Assembly: GCA_015486375.1 (NCBI GenBank)
Contig: WFRR01000173.1
Span: 1 to 44,537 of the forward strand
From: Thiotrichaceae bacterium
GTDB lineage: Bacteria > Pseudomonadota > Gammaproteobacteria > Thiotrichales > Thiotrichaceae
Length of the DNA: 44,537 nt
Reading direction: 5' to 3'
In this document: positions 40,421-44,537 of the stretch, piece by piece
Layout: every line of letters starts with the position of its first letter
Position numbering within the stretch: the first letter of the stretch is position 1
Position numbers and translations under genes: made by a program
The notes under the pieces: model-generated
The model's input: only the letters and a program-made list of their open reading frames with translations
Databases searched by the model: none
What the model was told of the DNA's origin: nothing

Positions 40421-41470
40421 TTAGTGCTGACCAAATAAACTGGCATTAATTTGCCATTTTCCCATCATACTTAAATACCACTCTAGCGTTTTCTGAATAC
40501 CTGATTCATAGGTTTCTTGCGGTTGATAAGCTAACTCTTGTGTTACTTTTGTCGTATCGACTGCATAACGACGATCATGACCAGGACGATCATTAACATA
40601 AGTAATATGACGCTCATGGGGAGCATTATTAGGAAAAGCTTCATCCATCGCCGCACATAATAAACGTACTAAACTAATATTCGTTTGTTCGTTATTACCG
40701 CCTAAATTATAAGTCTCACCTGCCCGTCCCTGATTTAAAATTAACTCAATACCCCGATTATGATCATCAACATAGAGCCAATCCCGAATCTGTAAACCAT
40801 CGCCATAAATAGGAATAGCTTTGGATGCTTTTAGATTAGAAATGGTTAAGGGGATTAATTTTTCAGGGTACTGCCACGGGCCATAATTATTGGAACAATT
40901 GCTAATACTAATTTGTAGTCCATAAGTATGTTGATAAGAACGTACAATATGATCTGAACAAGCTTTGCTAGCAGCATAAGGCGAAGTCGGGGCATAAGCG
41001 GTGAGTTCAGTAAAGGCAGGATCAGTATCACTTAATGTGCCATAAACTTCATCAGTAGAGACATGATGAAAACGGTGGTTCGTAGGTAAATGCCCTTCAT
41101 CCATCCAGACTTTTTTTGCTGCTTTTAAAAGTGAATGTGTACCATCAATATTACTTTTAAAAAACGCATCTGGTCTATAAATAGAACGATCCACATGCGA
41201 TTCTGCGGCAAAGTGAACGACAGTATTAATCTCATATTGGCGTAGTAAATTTTCTACCAATGCTTGATCTAAAATATTACCGTGACTAAAAATATAGTTG
41301 GGGTTGTCATTAAGTGGATTAAGATTAGCTTGATTGCCTGCATAAGTAAGTGCATCTAGAACAACGACTTTAGCATCAGGGTATTGTGCTAACCAGTAAT
41401 AGACAAAGTTAGTGCCAATAAAACCTGCACCCCCTGTGACAAGAAGATTTTTTGCTTGGTAAGTTGTCAT
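40421..41470 (-). CDS. rmlB: dTDP-glucose 4,6-dehydratase
   Basis: SDR Rossmann LVTGGAGFIGTNF. Catalytic YxxxK (YAASK). RmlB-specific blocks. 349 aa. Confidence 0.95.
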   Translation of the reverse strand: MTTYQAKNLLVTGGAGFIGTNFVYYWLAQYPDAKVVVLDALTYAGNQANLNPLNDNPNYIFSHGNILDQALVENLLRQYEINTVVHFAAESHVDRSIYRPDAFFKSNIDGTHSLLKAAKKVWMDEGHLPTNHRFHHVSTDEVYGTLSDTDPAFTELTAYAPTSPYAASKACSDHIVRSYQHTYGLQISISNCSNNYGPWQYPEKLIPLTISNLKASKAIPIYGDGLQIRDWLYVDDHNRGIELILNQGRAGETYNLGGNNEQTNISLVRLLCAAMDEAFPNNAPHERHITYVNDRPGHDRRYAVDTTKVTQELAYQPQETYESGIQKTLEWYLSMMGKWQINASLFGQH

Positions 41471-41490
41471 TATTAATTTTTTCCCAAATA

Positions 41491-42366
41491 TTATAGACTT
41501 TTTATTGATTGTAGCATTTTACTTAGACTGGTTTGCCAATGAGGCAGTGTTATTCCTAAACTAGATTCAGTCTTGGTTTTATCCATAAGGCTATAAGCAG
41601 GACGCACAGCAGGAGTGGGATAGTCTCGGGTTTGAATGGCTTTTATGGGAATATTTTGCTTAAGTAAGCCATGTTGTAAGGCTAGTGTCTGAATCGCAAT
41701 AGCAAAATCATACCAACTGGCGACCCCATTATCTGAACAGTGATAAATTCCTGTGCTGCCTTTTTCAAGCAATTGCCAAATAGTCACTGCAAGCGTATTT
41801 GCCCAAGTGGGAGTGCCTATTTGATCCGAGATAATACCCAGTGATTCACGCGTTTGCATAAAATTTAACATGGATTTAACAAAATTATTACCGTGGCTAG
41901 AATAGAGCCATGCGGTACGAATAAGTAAACTATTTGGGGCATATTCCAATACAGCTTGCTCTCCTGCCAATTTACTTTGCCCATAAACACTTAATGGTTT
42001 AGATAAATAAGGTTCTGCTAAATAGGGAGAACTTTGCCGACCATCAAAAACAAAATCGGTAGAAATTTGTACCAATTGAATACTGTGCTGAGTTGCAACT
42101 TTAGCTAAGTTTTTTGCACCCATATGATTGACTTTCCAAGCTAAATCAGCTTCCATTTCGGCCTTATCCACAGCAGTATAGGCCGCAGCATTGATAATAA
42201 TATCAGGCTGTTGTGCGTCGATAATTTTTTGAATTTTCTGTGTATGGGTAATATCTAATACCTCTGCATCACAAGCAAAAACACGATAGTCACTGGGTAT
42301 GCTGCATTGCAATTCATAGCCTAATTGACCTGATGCACCTGTAATCAGAATCTTTTTATTATTCAA
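41491..42366 (-). CDS. rmlD: dTDP-4-dehydrorhamnose reductase
   Basis: ILITGASGQLG Rossmann motif. YGQSK catalytic dyad. 291 aa. Directly downstream of rmlB. Confidence 0.9.
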   Translation of the reverse strand: MNNKKILITGASGQLGYELQCSIPSDYRVFACDAEVLDITHTQKIQKIIDAQQPDIIINAAAYTAVDKAEMEADLAWKVNHMGAKNLAKVATQHSIQLVQISTDFVFDGRQSSPYLAEPYLSKPLSVYGQSKLAGEQAVLEYAPNSLLIRTAWLYSSHGNNFVKSMLNFMQTRESLGIISDQIGTPTWANTLAVTIWQLLEKGSTGIYHCSDNGVASWYDFAIAIQTLALQHGLLKQNIPIKAIQTRDYPTPAVRPAYSLMDKTKTESSLGITLPHWQTSLSKMLQSIKSL

Positions 42367-42623
42367 TCTAGTTTCTCTTTAATGTGTGTATTTATTTAAA
42401 TGGAAGTAATTTCAATAATTTATCATCTTATCCAAAGGTATGATAGCTTTTAGCTATTGTTTAATAGTCAATAAGTATTGTAAAAAATTCGCTCAATGTT
42501 GTTAAATATAAAGCCCTTAGCCTTAGCCAAAGAGTGAAAATCATGCCTACCCTTTTTGTAACGTAGGAGCTTTGGAACAATCTGATATGATGATTGGCCA
42601 AATTTATCAAATATGGGATGATT

Positions 42624-44006
42624 ATGTCCAGTGACAGCTTTTCTTCTCTCCCACTTTCTTCTGCGCTTATCGCTAATCTGGATTCATTGAATTATAAAAA
42701 AATGACGGCTGTTCAGGCAGAAAGTTTACCCCCGATATTGGCTAACAATGATGTCATTGTTCAAGCTAAAACAGGCAGTGGCAAAACCGCTGCCTTTGGT
42801 TTGGGGGTTTTGCAGCAGATTAATCCGCGTTTTTTTGGTGTGCAAGCGATGGTCATTTGTCCAACCCGCGAACTTGCCGATCAGGTTGCGAATGAGATTC
42901 GTAGGCTGGCACGTTGTATTCCGAATATCAAACTGGTTTCATTATGCGGCGGAAAACCTCTCCGCTTACAAGCGGATTCATTGGAATATGGGGCGCATAT
43001 TGTAGTGGGTACACCAGGGCGGATTCAAGATCACTTAAGTCGAAATACACTGGTGTTAAAAGGCTTGAGAACCTTAGTTTTAGATGAAGCTGATCGAATG
43101 CTCGATATGGGTTTTTATGATGAAATCACTGACATTATTCAATACACCCCCAAAACCCGTCAAACCCTTCTATTTTCAGCCACTTATCCGCATTCAATAA
43201 AGAAGATGTGTCAGAGTATTCTGAAAAACCCCATAACGATTCAAGTGGAATCTACACACGCATCCAATGTAATCCAACAGCTATTTTATCAAACGAATCA
43301 ACAACAACGTCATGAAGCTTTACTGACCCTATTTGAACACCACCAACCTGCTAATAGTGTGGTGTTTTGTCATACTAAAATTCAATGCGACCAAGTGGCT
43401 AAATTTTTAAACGATCATCACATTGAAGCCTTGGCAATTCATGGGGATCTAGAACAACGCGATAGAGATCAAGTATTAGTGCGATTCAGCAATAAAAGTT
43501 GCTCCGTGCTGGTGGCGACGGATGTTGCTGCGCGGGGTTTAGATATTAAATCGTTATATGCCGTGATTAATTATGAATTGCCTCATGATCCTGAAATTTA
43601 TGTACACCGTATCGGTCGTACAGGACGCGCCGGTGAAACAGGATTGGCACTGAGTTTATTTACAGATTCTGAGTTAGCACGCATTATTGCCATTGAAGAA
43701 TACCAAGATAAAAGTTGTACGACCGAGCCGCTAGACAGACTCAATCGTCAAAACCATTACCGCTTAAAATCCCCAATGGTGACCTTACAAATTGATTCAG
43801 GTAAGAAAAATAAAATTCGCCCTGGCGATTTATTAGGCGCGTTAACAGGCGATGCAGGACTGGCAGGCAAACAAATCGGCAAAATTAATATATTTCCTTT
43901 GTTTAGCTATGTTGCTATTGAGCCAAAAGCACTATCTAAAGCACTTAACTACTTTAAAAATGGAAGAGTCAAAGGAAGATTTACCCGCGCCCGTCTTATT
44001 CAATAA
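42624..44006 (+). CDS. dbpA: ATP-dependent RNA helicase DbpA (23S rRNA hairpin-92 specific)
   Basis: Full DEAD-box motif set (AKTGSGKT, PTRELA, TPGR, DEAD, SAT, HRIGRTGRAG) plus the DbpA C-terminal RNA-binding domain. Start placed at ATG 42624 by alignment with E. coli DbpA; the ORF track's 42594 is a TTG. Confidence 0.9.
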   Translation: MSSDSFSSLPLSSALIANLDSLNYKKMTAVQAESLPPILANNDVIVQAKTGSGKTAAFGLGVLQQINPRFFGVQAMVICPTRELADQVANEIRRLARCIPNIKLVSLCGGKPLRLQADSLEYGAHIVVGTPGRIQDHLSRNTLVLKGLRTLVLDEADRMLDMGFYDEITDIIQYTPKTRQTLLFSATYPHSIKKMCQSILKNPITIQVESTHASNVIQQLFYQTNQQQRHEALLTLFEHHQPANSVVFCHTKIQCDQVAKFLNDHHIEALAIHGDLEQRDRDQVLVRFSNKSCSVLVATDVAARGLDIKSLYAVINYELPHDPEIYVHRIGRTGRAGETGLALSLFTDSELARIIAIEEYQDKSCTTEPLDRLNRQNHYRLKSPMVTLQIDSGKKNKIRPGDLLGALTGDAGLAGKQIGKINIFPLFSYVAIEPKALSKALNYFKNGRVKGRFTRARLIQ

Positions 44007-44057
44007 ATGGTGCATTCGTCCCAATAAGCTTTCCTATCCATTTAGACCAGACACAAC

Positions 44058-44153
44058 TTAGGTTTTTATACCTATTTAGATTAGCCCCAATTTAGGTTTT
44101 TATACCCAACTTGATATAACCCACTTTAGGTTTTTATAGCCAAAATGGATAGA
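44058..44153. repeat. Three direct repeats of a 15-bp core TTAGGTTTTTATA(C/G)C at exactly 34-bp spacing (iteron-like array)
   Basis: Copies at 44058-44072, 44092-44106 and 44126-44140 (third copy has 1 mismatch). Each is followed 7-8 bp later by GATWNA. Confidence 0.6.
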
Positions 44154-44295
44154 AAAACCCAGTTTGGGGCATACACAACAGACAAACGACAATAAAACAA
44201 AAAACAGTTTACAAAGAAACAACCACACACAAACAACGACAGAAAACAGTTCACAATGATACAAAAAAACAGACCACAGACGACCATCACAGGGG
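44141..44295. repeat. Strand-asymmetric A/C-rich, G-poor, T-poor low-complexity tract with an internal imperfect 22-bp direct repeat
   Basis: About 150 nt composed mainly of A and C on the + strand. AAAACAGTTYACAAWGAWACAA occurs at 44201-44222 and 44244-44265 (18/22 identical). Confidence 0.5.
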
Positions 44296-44537
44296 AAATT
44301 TAATTTTTATTTTTAGCTTGACAAAGGCATTCTGAGCATGGCAGGATGTTTGCCATTGTCAGCCCCGCTACAAAAATAAGCGGCTAGAATCGGCTTAAAT
44401 AGCGGTAAAAGTTTAGAATCGACGCGTCGTTGATGTCGTTTTTTTTAAATTGGTTTGACGAGAAAAGCCCTGCCCAAACATTGCTGAATATTTGCAATGT
44501 GTGCAGGAAAGCTGGCGATGGAAATTCGCCAAAAAGA

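Noticed and set aside
42594-42623. Longer dbpA N-terminus (MAKFIKYGMIM…) from the ORF track
   Set aside because: The codon at 42594 is TTG. Alignment with E. coli DbpA supports the ATG at 42624, which is preceded by GGGA.
44058-44140. Possible CRISPR array
   Set aside because: There are only three copies of a 15-bp core with ~19-bp spacers. That is too short and too few for CRISPR repeats, there are no cas genes nearby, and the pattern fits iterons better.

Overview
This ~44.5 kb window looks like chromosomal DNA from a low-GC Gram-negative bacterium. The gene content is gammaproteobacterial in style; I cannot resolve the order from sequence alone. It is densely coded on both strands and shows no obvious transposase, integrase, CRISPR array, rRNA or tRNA.

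Most of the window is housekeeping:
- cell-wall elongation genes mrdA (PBP2), rodA and mltB
- a YbfF-like esterase and apt
- mnmH (selU) translationally coupled to radA
- the DEAD-box helicase deaD
- a lolC/E-lolC/E-lolD lipoprotein-release operon
- dbpA, priA and a UbiH-family FAD monooxygenase
- a dTDP-L-rhamnose pathway split into rmlA-rmlC (+ strand) and rmlB-rmlD (- strand); these flank an ~9 kb mixed segment holding a porin, priA, the monooxygenase, a Cps14F/Cps14G-like (Alg14/Alg13-like) split glycosyltransferase pair, a Zn-ribbon SAM methyltransferase and two unknown exported proteins

The most unusual locus is a minus-strand three-gene operon. A YqiJ/NfeD-like membrane protein and a YqiK-like flotillin (SPFH) are followed, 62 bp downstream, by a 1697-aa protein. 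Its only recognisable motifs form a single C-terminal AAA_5/MoxR-type P-loop module after ~1300 aa of unrecognisable sequence. This looks like an undescribed flotillin-coupled ATPase system.

Other points of interest:
- an apparently catalytically dead DEAD-box paralogue with a long low-complexity basic tail, preceded by a 775-bp AT-rich leader
- an RnfD/NqrB-like membrane protein, a DUF2330-like exported protein and an exported MBL-fold hydrolase, arranged as an overlapping three-gene cluster
- a 3-copy, 34-bp-periodic iteron-like array and a strongly strand-asymmetric A/C-rich, G-poor tract downstream of dbpA at the window edge
- several strong hairpins in convergent intergenic regions

All homology statements rest on motif recognition and remembered family signatures. 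No database search was run.
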